Origin: Prasinococcaceae sp. CCMP 1430
Lineage: Eukaryota > Plantae > Prasinodermophyta
NCBI GenBank assembly: GCA_013416795.1
Contig: RQSC01000030.1
Coordinates: forward strand, 1-49,590
Reading direction: 5' to 3'
DNA: 49,590 bases
The translations under genes and the position numbers were made by a program. Each line of letters begins with the position of its first letter. Position 1 is the first letter of the stretch. The notes under the pieces were generated by a model, which saw only the letters and a program-made list of their open reading frames with translations, did not search any database and was not told the origin of the DNA. Positions 21,623 through 31,312 of this stretch are shown here, piece after piece.

Positions 21623-21691
21623 CGCGCGCCTCGCGCGCTCTGACGCGCGCCCCGCCCGGAAACGCACCCCTAAACGCCGCGTCCGCAGGAG

Positions 21692-24600
21692 ATGCGCGGG
21701 CTCAACGAGTTCATCAAGGCCGTGAGGAACGCCAAGGTGCGCGAGCGCGCAGTCGCCGGGATCGCCAACGCGCTCCCACACACCCTCGGACGCGGCGCAC
21801 TCCCGGGCTGCGCGGATCGCCGCCGCCGCGCGCGCGCGCTTCAGCGGGTGCGCGGCTTGGGCACGCCCGGGAATCTTCGCGAAGAGCGCGTGCCCACGGT
21901 CGGAGAGGGCTGCCCTCGTTGCCTCGCGCAACGCCCCCCCCCAGCGGCTTTCCCGCTCGCTCTCTCGCGCGCGAGCGCGCTCACAGCTCTTCGCTGCGGT
22001 CAGCGGTCGGCGATGACCACCCGAATCCCACAGCGCCTTCCCGCGCGCCAGAGATCCCAGCGCGGCGACCTGCGCGTGCGCATGCGCAGTTTTGCTCGGG
22101 GCGGGGGTGTTGGTGGATGTCCGTGGCGCTCTCGCGGTCCTCCGATCGGTGGGCGCCTTTCACACGCGTGGCGCGCCCTGCTCGCACCGACTGACCCCGC
22201 CTGGCCGCTCCCCGTGCAGAACAAGGAGGAGGAGCGCGCCCGTGTTGACAAGGAGCTGGCGAACATCCGCGGCAAGTTCCGCGCCGACCGTGCACTCTCT
22301 TCATACGAGAAGAAGAAGTACGTGACCAAGATGCTCTACATCTACATGCTCGGGTATGACATGGACTTTGGCCACATGGAGGCTGTCGGCCTCATCTCCG
22401 CCACCAAGTTCAGCGAAAAGCAGGTCGGCTACATGGTGACTTCGGTGCTCCTCAACGAGCACGCCGAGTTCCTGAGGCTGATCATCAATTCGGTGCGCAA
22501 CGACATCATCAGCAACGCCGAGCACAACCAGTGCCTCGGACTGAGCCTGGTGGCCAACATCGGCGGGAAGGAGTTTGCCGAGGCGCTGGCTCTTGACGTG
22601 CAGCGACTCGTCATCAGCTCGAGCGTGCTACCCATCGTGCGCAAGAAGGCCTGCCTCACGTTGCTACGCCTGTACCGCCGCAATCGGGACATCGTGCAGA
22701 TGGACGGCTTCGTTCCGCAGATCATCCAGCAGATAGACGAGCGCGACCTGGGCGTCCTGACGGCGCTCATGTCGCTGGTGCAGGCACTGGTGGCCGACCC
22801 CGAGAGTGATCTCGAGGAGTACGCGCCCTGCGTGCCCAAGCTCACGCGCGTGCTCGAGAGGCTCGTCACGGGGCAGGACGTGTCGCAGGACTACACGTAC
22901 TACGGCATCCCGTCGCCGTGGCTCCAGATGAAGGTCATGCGCGTGCTGCAGTACTTTCCGCCTACTGAGGACGACTCGCAGAATCGCCGCCTGCACCAGG
23001 TGCTGCGCCGCGTGCTCATGGGCGGCGAAACCTCGAGCCGCAATGGGAACAAGAACAACGCTCTGCACGGCGTGCTCTTCGAGGCCATTCAGCTGGTCGT
23101 CAACCTTGGTCTGGACGCGGAGCTCATGTCGCTGTGCGTCGACCTGTTGGGCAAATTCCTCAAGGGCTCTGAGCCCAACGTGCGCTACCTCGGTCTCGAG
23201 TCGATGAGCAGGCTCAGCCTCGTGCCCGAGATGCTGGAACACATCAAGATGCACCAGGAGGAGATCATCAACGCCTTGAGCGACCCGGACATCTCCATTC
23301 GCCGGCGGGCGCTGGACGTGCTCTACGGCATGTGCGACGAGACCAACTCGAGGACGATCGCCGGCGAGCTGCTGTCGTACCTGACGACGGCCGACTTCGC
23401 CATTCGCGAGGAGCTCGCCCTCAAGCTGGCAATTCTGGCAGAGAAGTTCGCGCCTGACCTCCAGTGGTACTGCGATGTGACCCTTGAGCTCGTGGAGAAG
23501 GCCGGAGAGTTCGTGAGCGATGACATCTGGTTCCGCATTGTGCAGATCATCACCAACCATGACGACCTCCAGGAGTACGCTGCCGTCAAGGTGCTGGATA
23601 GCCTCAAGGCTGGCATCGTGCACGAAAGCATGGTGAAAGTCAGCGCCTACGTGCTGGGCGAGTTCTCTCACCTCATCGCCGCGCAACCCGGCTGCTCGCC
23701 GCAGGAGGTTTTCGAGCTGCTCAACGCACACTTTGCCTCTGCCTCCGCTGCCACCAAGAACCTGCTGCTGAGCGCGTACGTGAAAATGCTCATTCGCCAA
23801 CCGGACGCGCCCGCTGACCACACGCAGAATGTCATGACGGTTTTCAAGAGGTATGCATCCTTCGCCGACCAGGAGCTGCAGCAGCGGGCGGTCGAGTACG
23901 AGGCGCTGCTCGCCAACCGCACTCTGGGCACCGAGGTTTTGGCGGAGATGCCCAAATTTCCGGAGAGGGAGAGCTCGCTGCTGAAGACCATCGAGGCGCG
24001 GGAAGGCGACTCGCAGGAGGTGAGCGTCATGCGCAGGCGGCAGGCAGCGGCAGAGGCGGCGGGCGAGCTCGAGGAGAGCGCCGTGCCCGAGCCTGTGGAG
24101 CCAGAGCAGACCGAGGGCGACATCCTTGGGGTCGGCCTGGACGCTGCGCAGGCAGCGGCGCCCGCGCCGGCGGGCCCGGCGGCGACGGGCGGGGATCCGC
24201 TCGAGGAGCTTATGGGGCTCTCGGGTGGCGGAGCAGCCGCAGTGAGCAACGGTGGAGCCGGCGCGAATGCTGCGAGCGACCCGTTTGCCGCGGGCGGAGC
24301 GATGGGGGGTCTCAGCGGCGATGGGAAAGTGCAGCCCATCGGCGATGTGGCCGACTGGTACCGCCGGCTGATGCTCTCCGACAGCGGCGTGCTGTACGAG
24401 GACCCTTACATACAGGTGGGAGTGAAGATGAGCTTCCAGCGCAACCTGGCGCGCCTGCAGGTTTTCCTCGGCAACAAGCACACCAACGCGCTCACGCAGG
24501 CGAAGCTGAGTGTGGCGGAGGTCGCCGGTGTGGCCTCGCGGATGCAGCCAGTGCCCGAGACGTTGCAGCCGCGGCAGCAGGAGCAAACCACCATAGACGT

Positions 24601-25102
24601 GGCGCTCCAGGCGCCGTACGTGGAGCCTCCCAAGGTGTGCATTAAGTACACCTGCAGCGACGTCGGCGCCGTGAGCACCGAGGTGACGCTGCCCGTGCCA
24701 GTGACCAAGTTCATGACGCCAATGCCCATCTTGTCGCCCGGGGACTTCTTCACGCCCTGGAAGGAGATGCAGGCTGCTCCCAACAAAGTGGCGCAGATGG
24801 TGAGCGGCGTGCCACCCATCGACCTGGATGCCGTCAAGACCATTTTCAGCGGGCTGCGCCTTGGCATCGCTGAGGGACTCGACCCCAACCCAAACAACCT
24901 CGTGGCCGCGTCGGGCGTGGCACTGGCCGGCCAGGAGAGCGTGCTGGTGCTCGCGCGCCTCGAGGTCGACCCTGCGAGCCGCACGCAGTTTCGCATCACC
25001 GTGTGCTCGCGCTCGCCCGCTGCGGCCGAGGCAACCAAGGTGGCCATCCTTGCACACATGCAGCCGGCGGGCAGCGGGGCCGACAGCCCGTTCGGCCTGT
25101 GA
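21692..25102 (+). CDS. AP2A: AP-2 complex subunit alpha (alpha-adaptin); exons 21692-21736 and 22220-25102
   Basis: MRGLNEFIKAVRNAK|NKEEERARVDKELANIRGKF, YEKKKYVTKMLYIYMLGYDMDFGHMEAV, YYGIPSPWLQ, DPDISIRRRALD, hinge, and appendage (GVLYEDPYIQVG, GLDPNPNNLV). Confidence 0.96.
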   Translation: MRGLNEFIKAVRNAKVRERAVAGIANALPHTLGRGALPGCADRRRRARALQRVRGLGTPGNLREERVPTVGEGCPRCLAQRPPPAAFPLALSRASALTALRCGQRSAMTTRIPQRLPARQRSQRGDLRVRMRSFARGGGVGGCPWRSRGPPIGGRLSHAWRALLAPTDPAWPLPVQNKEEERARVDKELANIRGKFRADRALSSYEKKKYVTKMLYIYMLGYDMDFGHMEAVGLISATKFSEKQVGYMVTSVLLNEHAEFLRLIINSVRNDIISNAEHNQCLGLSLVANIGGKEFAEALALDVQRLVISSSVLPIVRKKACLTLLRLYRRNRDIVQMDGFVPQIIQQIDERDLGVLTALMSLVQALVADPESDLEEYAPCVPKLTRVLERLVTGQDVSQDYTYYGIPSPWLQMKVMRVLQYFPPTEDDSQNRRLHQVLRRVLMGGETSSRNGNKNNALHGVLFEAIQLVVNLGLDAELMSLCVDLLGKFLKGSEPNVRYLGLESMSRLSLVPEMLEHIKMHQEEIINALSDPDISIRRRALDVLYGMCDETNSRTIAGELLSYLTTADFAIREELALKLAILAEKFAPDLQWYCDVTLELVEKAGEFVSDDIWFRIVQIITNHDDLQEYAAVKVLDSLKAGIVHESMVKVSAYVLGEFSHLIAAQPGCSPQEVFELLNAHFASASAATKNLLLSAYVKMLIRQPDAPADHTQNVMTVFKRYASFADQELQQRAVEYEALLANRTLGTEVLAEMPKFPERESSLLKTIEAREGDSQEVSVMRRRQAAAEAAGELEESAVPEPVEPEQTEGDILGVGLDAAQAAAPAPAGPAATGGDPLEELMGLSGGGAAAVSNGGAGANAASDPFAAGGAMGGLSGDGKVQPIGDVADWYRRLMLSDSGVLYEDPYIQVGVKMSFQRNLARLQVFLGNKHTNALTQAKLSVAEVAGVASRMQPVPETLQPRQQEQTTIDVALQAPYVEPPKVCIKYTCSDVGAVSTEVTLPVPVTKFMTPMPILSPGDFFTPWKEMQAAPNKVAQMVSGVPPIDLDAVKTIFSGLRLGIAEGLDPNPNNLVAASGVALAGQESVLVLARLEVDPASRTQFRITVCSRSPAAAEATKVAILAHMQPAGSGADSPFGL

Positions 25103-25271
25103 GGAGCGGGTCAACCCATTTGCACGTGTGCGTCGCTGCGCGGGACGGGCGGCGGCGGCGCGCGCGCACGGCGCCGAGTGATGCACGCCGATGCTGCGGC
25201 TGAGACAGCGAGGGGCTCATCTGAGGCTCTCTCGTATTATAAATTCGTGTGAGCAGTTGTATACATCGGCG

Positions 25272-26544
25272 CTACGCGGCGAGGCGCGGCCTCCGCGCGG
25301 GGCGCGCAGGAGCGGCCGAGCCGCCCGCGGGGGCGCCATCCACAGCAGCGGGGACGGCGGGGGCATCAGCCAGCAGGCGCTCCAGCGCATTGAGCGCCTC
25401 GGCAGCGTGCGCATCGCCTGCGGCGAGAGCGCCGACGAGCATGTCCGCCTTGTTGGGCATCGCGCTGAGCGCACCCTGGACGCCATCGTCCATTAAGAAG
25501 CTGAGGGTTGAGTAGCCCACGTCGCGCATGGCCTCCTGGCGGTCACGCTCGACGGCGAGCTTGCACCGGCGCGGCAGCGGCAGCGCCCCGTCGCCGTTCG
25601 TCGAATCGCCGCCGGCGGAGTCTGCCATGCTCTCGCCGCAGTCTGCGAGCTTTGCGACGGCGGCGAAGGCCTCCAACGGCATCGTCCGCAGCCACTCCGA
25701 GCGCGGGTGGTGCACAGGCGGCAGCATGGTGGCGCCACTGCCCGCGTCTCCGCAGTAGTCGCGACGCGTGTCACTGAACGAGCTGCCACCACTAAGCGAG
25801 TACTTGAGCTTGCCAATGCAGCATGGCGCGACGACGTACGCAGCGCCATGGCGCGCTGCCTGGAGCATGGCGTAGTCGGTGGCGTTGCCGCACGCGTGCA
25901 GCGCAACGGCGACGTCAAATCGTTCGCCGTAGCTCTCGATCATGCCTTGACAGCCGCGGACGTTGGCGAGCCCGGCCTCTCGAGCGCGTGCCAGTAGCAG
26001 CTCAAGCGAGCGCGCCTTCATTTCCACGGCAACGAAGTCCGCCACAGGAAAGCGATGCGCGAGGGCGAGAACGAGATTGCCGGTCCCCGCCCCGAACTCG
26101 ACAACGATAGGTCGGTACGTGCTTTCACTGGCGCGGGCGCCATCCCTGCCGCCACCGCCGCCGCTGCCAGCGTCGCGCGAACGCGCCTCGGCAGCCTCGA
26201 GCAGTGGCGCTAGCGCCGCGCAGAAACTGAGCACCTGGGCGCGCTTCTTTGCCGCGCGCGCATTTGCGAGCCCGCCGCCGCGCCCCGGGTCGGCGGCTGC
26301 AGGTGCGGCCTCCCAGTCGCCCGGCGGCAGCGCCGCTGCGGGAAGCGTGCGGCTGGCGCCCTCGGGCGGCTCGAACGCGCCCGCAGCGATGAGCGCCGCC
26401 GCAGCTCCCTCTCTCGCACGGCGCTTGCGCGCTGCGTGCTTGCGCGCGCTGTGGCCTCTGCGATACGCCTCCGCCTGCGCCGTCTCCGCGCTCGCCGCCT
26501 GCTGCGCCGAGCCGCCGCCGCCAGTCGCGCCGCCTCTCTCGCTC
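25272..26544 (-). CDS. GSTCD-like methyltransferase (Methyltransf_32 type), 5'-partial at N gap
   Basis: Frame is open from the gap edge. DWEAAPAAADPGRGGGLANARAAKKRAQV, VVEFGAGTGNL, VALHACGNATD and VAPCCIGKL. Confidence 0.82.
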
Positions 26545-26787
26545 NNNNNNNNNNNNNNNNNNNNNNNNNNNNNNNNNNNNNNNNNNNNNNNNNNNNNNNN
26601 NNNNNNNNNNNNNNNNNNNNNNNNNNNNNNNNNNNNNNNNNNNNNNNNNNNNNNNNNNNNNNNNNNNNNNNNNNNNNNNNNNNNNNNNNNNNNNNNNNNN
26701 NNNNNNNNNNNNNNNNNNNNNNNNNNNNNNNNNNNNNNNNNNNNNNNNNNNNNNNNNNNNNNNNNNNNNNNNNNNNNNNNNNNNNNN
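26545..26787. other. Assembly gap of 243 N (other gaps: 37731-37819, 39179-39196, 43950-44231)
   Basis: Seen directly. Confidence 1.
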
Positions 26788-27512
26788 GTGCGCGCGCGCG
26801 CGCACGCCCCCCGCGGTCAGCGGCAGCGCGGACGAGGCGACCAACGGACGGCGCACGCGCCCTGCGGATGGTGGCGTGGTCGACCTCGCGGCAGCGGCCG
26901 CGACTGCCGTTGCCGACCCTGCGGAGGCCGCCGCAGCCGCGCTCCTCGACCGCTACTTCGCCGCGCGTGGCGTGCGCGACGCGGCTGCACGAGCCGCGCT
27001 GGGTCGTGTGGGAGGCGGAGGCAACCGCGCGGCGGTGCTCGCGGCACTGCGCGCAGGCGCGGGCGCGGTGGATGCAGCGGGTGCAGACACCGCGTACACC
27101 CCAGAGGCGCTCGCGTCGCGCGTGGCGCTTCTGGAAGCGCTGTTGCCGCTGGGTGAGTCGGGGGTCATCACGCTCGCGAGTGCGCATGCAGGACTGCTGA
27201 CGACGCCCGCACGTGCGCTCGGCGCGCGCGCGGCGGCGGTTGCGGCGGCTTTGGCGCCAGCGCGCGCCGATGCTGCCGCCGCTATCGCCGCCCGACCGGA
27301 GCTGCTCGCCGAAGAGGGCGGCGCCGGCGCACTCGTCGCCGCAGCAGCTCACGCGCACCGAGTGCCTCGCGGCGGTCGCACGCGCCCCTGCGCTCACCGC
27401 CGGCGGAGGCAGCGACGTCGCCGCACGCGCGCAGGCGCTGGCAGTCGCGCGGCGCGGCGAGGAGCTCGCCGATGTCGTGCGTGCCGAGCCGTGGCTGCTC
27501 ATAAGCGCGTGA
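26788..27512 (+). CDS. Possible mTERF-like helical-repeat protein, 5'-partial, with an apparent frame change near 27350
   Basis: Repeated ...A(R/E)P.LL motifs (AHAGLL, ARPELL, ARAPAL, AEPWLL) in Ala-rich helices spread over two frames. Weak, by-eye family call. Confidence 0.4.
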
Positions 27513-28072
27513 TGGACCGCACGCGGGGCCGGGCGGGGCGTGCGCGCACGCGTACTCGCGCTCTCAGAAACACGCACGCACACACACGAGCGCTCGAGCG
27601 CGCGTGCACTCTAGCATGCGCGTGCGGTCGGGCGCACACTTGGGCGAGCGCATGCACACCCACTCATGTTACAATGTGTACATACTGTCCTGCCGCACGC
27701 ACGCCACGCGCCCGCTGGCGCGCGCGTGCAGCCCTGCCATCGCCGGCGGCGACGGCGGCGACGGCGGCGTCGACCTGCGGCGTCTGGCGCGGGCCTCGCG
27801 GCGGCGCCCGCACACGCGCGTTTCGAAAACGCGCACAAAAAGCCCGCACTGCGCGCTGGCAGCGCAGCGCAGCCACACCACACGCGGCGGGCAGGGCCCT
27901 CGGGGGCCCTCCGGGGCGCGTGGGTCGCTGCGCGCGGTAGTGGGAGGGGAGTCCACGCGGGAGGTTGCGCTCGGCAGCGGCACAGGAAAACGCGCGGGCG
28001 GAGCTCCTCGCCTGCGCTGCAGCGGAGGGTGCGGCAGCAGGGGAGGGAGCGGAGGGAGCTGCAGAGGCGACC

Positions 28073-31000
28073 ATGTCGGAGACGCCGCCGCTGTCGCCAC
28101 GCAACAGCGCGGCGGCTGAGGCGGCCGAGGCGGCGCGCTCAGCCGCCGAGGCAGCCGCGCATGGTTTTGGCGCAGCTGTTGCTGAGCTCACAGTCGAGGG
28201 CACGGGCGGTGCCGCGGCGTGCGCGGCCGTGCGCGTGCCCTTGTACGCAGGTGAGAACGTGATCGGTCGCGCGCCGCGAGCAAGCGATGACGCTGCGAGC
28301 GCGATCGTCGACGTCGGAGCGATGTCGCGCACACATTGCGTGGTGACCGTCGGCTTCCCGCCCTCGGGCGGGGGCGAGACACCGCGAGTGTGGCTGCGTG
28401 ACTTCTGCTCCACCCACGGTACATTCTTGCCGACGAAAGGGGGACACGCCCGGCTCGCGGCGGGTCATCCAGTAACCTGGGCTGAGGGGGAGGTCGCAAT
28501 GCTAGCCGACGCACAGTGCACCTACGCTCTCCTGCCGGGTAGAGTGGCAGCGACAGCGACGCTGCCGGCGACGGCGACCCTGCCGCCGACGGACGTTGAT
28601 GCTGATGCAGGCGCAGACGGCGCAGACGCGGGCGCGGACGCGGCCAGGGGCGAGGAATTCGACGCGGCTGTCCTAGGCTCGCTCGGAGGCGAGGGCTTTG
28701 ACGCGGCCGCACTCGGCTCGCTAGGTGGGGGCGCAGACTCCGACGGTGACGCCACGACTGACAACCCTGACGAGGCTGCCGCGGCCGGCGCTCAGGTAGA
28801 TGCAACCACCGACACCGCCGCCGGGCCACCGCCGGCTGAGCCGCATTCGCCGCCCCTGGATTCACAACCGATGGGTGCCGATGATACCGATGAGCCCGTG
28901 GCGATGGCGACAGAGCTCGACGCGCGTCTCGCCGTGGAAGTTCCACATTCCGAGGCAGTCGTTGAGCCTAGCTCAAATCAGCCCCCTCCGATGCCGACGC
29001 CGGGAGCAACGCCGCTGGGCCCCACCATCGACTATGATTGCAACGTGGACGCTGTTGCGCGCGCGGGCGGCGACGCCGCGCCTACAATAGCCAACACCGC
29101 CGAGGACGCTGGCCAGGGCACAGCCGTTGCGACTGCTGCTACCATCGATGCCGCTGTGGTCGCTGTCGCGGACGCCACCCCCGCTGTCGACAGCGAAGGC
29201 CAGGCCGCCCGTGCAAGCCCGACAGGCGAAGCAAACAATGCGAGTGCTGCTGTACATGCAGCTCCCGACGAAGATGCTAACGTGCCAGATGTGCCAGGCG
29301 CATCCGACAACAGCGGCGACATTCAGATCGACGACGCCGAAACCCAGATGGACGCAGAGGTGCAAGGCGACGCGACGACACAGCAGACCGATGTGTACCT
29401 GACTGCGCCCACCCCTGGAAAGAGGGAGCCGGCGCTTGCGCACTCTCCCGAGCGCGACCCGGAGGGACGAGCGGCCGCAGAACCGCCATCGCTTCCAGCG
29501 GCCGAGGGCGCGGCGGAGGGGCTCGTTAAGGCAGGGACGGGTGGCGAAGGGCCCAGTCACCAGCAGATTGCGGACGCAGAGGCACCCTCCTTGGGTGATG
29601 GCACAGCCCAGGTCACGCAGCTCGAGCTCGAAGGCGAGGACACGCAGTTGCCGACCGCAAACACGCAGGCCGCAGCCGCAACCCTCGCATGTGAGATTGG
29701 CGGCGGACAACCGTCTGCAGCCGTCGAAACGCCCGCGACAGACAGCGTGGGTGCCGCCGGCGGCGATGCAGGCGAATCCGCCGGCTTGCCGGTGGCTGAG
29801 CGCGTTGTCGCCGGCACGTTCTCGGGCCTTACTGGCATACGCTCGGGCTCCATTGACGCCTTCCGCATGGACAGCGCCGGCGGGATGTCCCAGCAGTTGC
29901 CGGTGGGCTCGCGGCCTTCCCTGGCGAGTTTGCCACCAGACTCACAGCAGCTTGCGGCAGTGCTGCATGGCAATGTAGGGGAATTGCTCCAGCAGATGAA
30001 TGGCGAGGCGGGCTCAGTCTCTGCCCAAGCCACGCAGCTGACACACAGCCAGGCCGGTCGAGAGGTGATCAATGCCGAAGCAGTCACAGATGAGGGAGGG
30101 ACTGGAACGGCGGAGGAAGCGCCAAAAGGGACAGAGCCAGGGGGCGAGGAGGCCGCGCCGGCAGAGGAACCTGCCGCCGAAGAGCCTGCCGCCAACGAAC
30201 CTGTCGCCGAGGAAGCCGCTCCTGAGGCGGTGCACGCCGACGCGGCCGCACCCGCCGAGGAGGAGGCCGCACCCGCCGAGGAGGAGGCCGCACCCGCCGA
30301 GGAGGAGGCCGCGCCCGCCGAGGAGGGAGCGCTCGTCGAGGAGGAGGCCGTACCGCCTAGGGCAGTCGCGGAAGGAGATCCAGAGGAGGAGGGGCTGGGG
30401 CAGGCGACGAGCGCTACACATATGCGAGGTGGTAGGCGCACGCGCGGGCCCGCCATCTCCTCGGGCGTAGTTGAGCCCGAAGCGAGGACTCCTGCAGCGC
30501 GCAGCGCACGAAAGCGTGGCCGCGGATCCAATGCATGTGACGTAGAGGACACGCCGCCGTCTAGCAAACGAACAAAGGCCAAGGTGGGAGCCTCAAGCAG
30601 ACTCAAGGTCGTGCTTGCTGACGGCGTGCTCGGTGGCAAAGCCTCGTGGCCTAAGCTTGAAGGTTTCGTCCAGAAGCTTTCCGGCACGCGTGTCGACGAC
30701 GTGGCGCAGGCATCGGTGCTCGTCACTGATGATCTGAAGCGGAGCGAAAAGACGGCAATCGCCTTCGCTGCGGGCGTGCCCATAGTGGCGAGCAGCTGGC
30801 TCTCGGCTAGTGCTGCTGCGGGTGGCCAGCTCCAATGCAACGACTATCCTCCGCCCAACACTCGCAAATTTGAGCGAGCGCAAGGTGTGGACCTACAGCT
30901 GAGCCTCAGCGAGGCCCGGCGGCGGCCATTGCTGAGCAACCGTCGTGTCTTCGCAACCAAGAGCTGCTGGGGAGGCAAACTCGACTGGCGTGCCATAGTT

Positions 31001-31219
31001 CGCGCTGCAGGCGGTGAACCTCTCAAGACCATGCCGCGCTCCGACGACGCGCTCGTTCTTACGTGTGACGCCGACGCGCAGCTCAGAGCCTCAGCCCGAT
31101 TTGCCCTTTACGAGCAGGATCTGCTGCTCGATGTCATTTTCAAGCAGCGCCTGGACGACGTCGGCAAATTCGAGGTACCACAGAAGGGATCGAGCGGGCG
31201 CAGCGCGCGCCGGCGGTAG
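28073..31219 (+). CDS. FHA + S/TQ-rich linker + tandem BRCT protein (MDC1-like architecture), single exon
   Basis: FHA: GENVIGR, MSRTHC, LRDFCSTHGT. tBRCT: KRSEKTAIAFAAGVPIVASSWL, GVDLQLSLSEARRRPLLSNRRVFAT, LLLDVIFKQRLD. ATG at 28073. Confidence 0.85.
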   Translation: MSETPPLSPRNSAAAEAAEAARSAAEAAAHGFGAAVAELTVEGTGGAAACAAVRVPLYAGENVIGRAPRASDDAASAIVDVGAMSRTHCVVTVGFPPSGGGETPRVWLRDFCSTHGTFLPTKGGHARLAAGHPVTWAEGEVAMLADAQCTYALLPGRVAATATLPATATLPPTDVDADAGADGADAGADAARGEEFDAAVLGSLGGEGFDAAALGSLGGGADSDGDATTDNPDEAAAAGAQVDATTDTAAGPPPAEPHSPPLDSQPMGADDTDEPVAMATELDARLAVEVPHSEAVVEPSSNQPPPMPTPGATPLGPTIDYDCNVDAVARAGGDAAPTIANTAEDAGQGTAVATAATIDAAVVAVADATPAVDSEGQAARASPTGEANNASAAVHAAPDEDANVPDVPGASDNSGDIQIDDAETQMDAEVQGDATTQQTDVYLTAPTPGKREPALAHSPERDPEGRAAAEPPSLPAAEGAAEGLVKAGTGGEGPSHQQIADAEAPSLGDGTAQVTQLELEGEDTQLPTANTQAAAATLACEIGGGQPSAAVETPATDSVGAAGGDAGESAGLPVAERVVAGTFSGLTGIRSGSIDAFRMDSAGGMSQQLPVGSRPSLASLPPDSQQLAAVLHGNVGELLQQMNGEAGSVSAQATQLTHSQAGREVINAEAVTDEGGTGTAEEAPKGTEPGGEEAAPAEEPAAEEPAANEPVAEEAAPEAVHADAAAPAEEEAAPAEEEAAPAEEEAAPAEEGALVEEEAVPPRAVAEGDPEEEGLGQATSATHMRGGRRTRGPAISSGVVEPEARTPAARSARKRGRGSNACDVEDTPPSSKRTKAKVGASSRLKVVLADGVLGGKASWPKLEGFVQKLSGTRVDDVAQASVLVTDDLKRSEKTAIAFAAGVPIVASSWLSASAAAGGQLQCNDYPPPNTRKFERAQGVDLQLSLSEARRRPLLSNRRVFATKSCWGGKLDWRAIVRAAGGEPLKTMPRSDDALVLTCDADAQLRASARFALYEQDLLLDVIFKQRLDDVGKFEVPQKGSSGRSARRR
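30245..30328. repeat. 21-nt minisatellite x4 encoding (AAPAEEE)n
   Basis: GCCGCACCCGCCGAGGAGGAG three times exactly, plus one variant copy. Confidence 0.9.
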
Positions 31220-31312
31220 CTGCACCTCTATTTGGCTCTCCTGTCGTGCGATGGAAAGGTGGCGAAGGGACGGTGGTGCTCTCAGCGTTGGTTGCCGTCG
31301 GGTTGCTGTCGC

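Noticed and set aside
22664-25186. 840-aa ORF on the minus strand
   Set aside because: Exact antisense shadow of alpha-adaptin, expected from strong GC3 bias. No motifs.
27604-28119. 171-aa ORF possibly a last exon of the mTERF-like gene
   Set aside because: Low-complexity text, no clear splice path and no motifs.
29557-30840. 427-aa Ser-rich minus-strand ORF with SSAGAA repeats
   Set aside because: Antisense of the MDC1-like acidic repeats.
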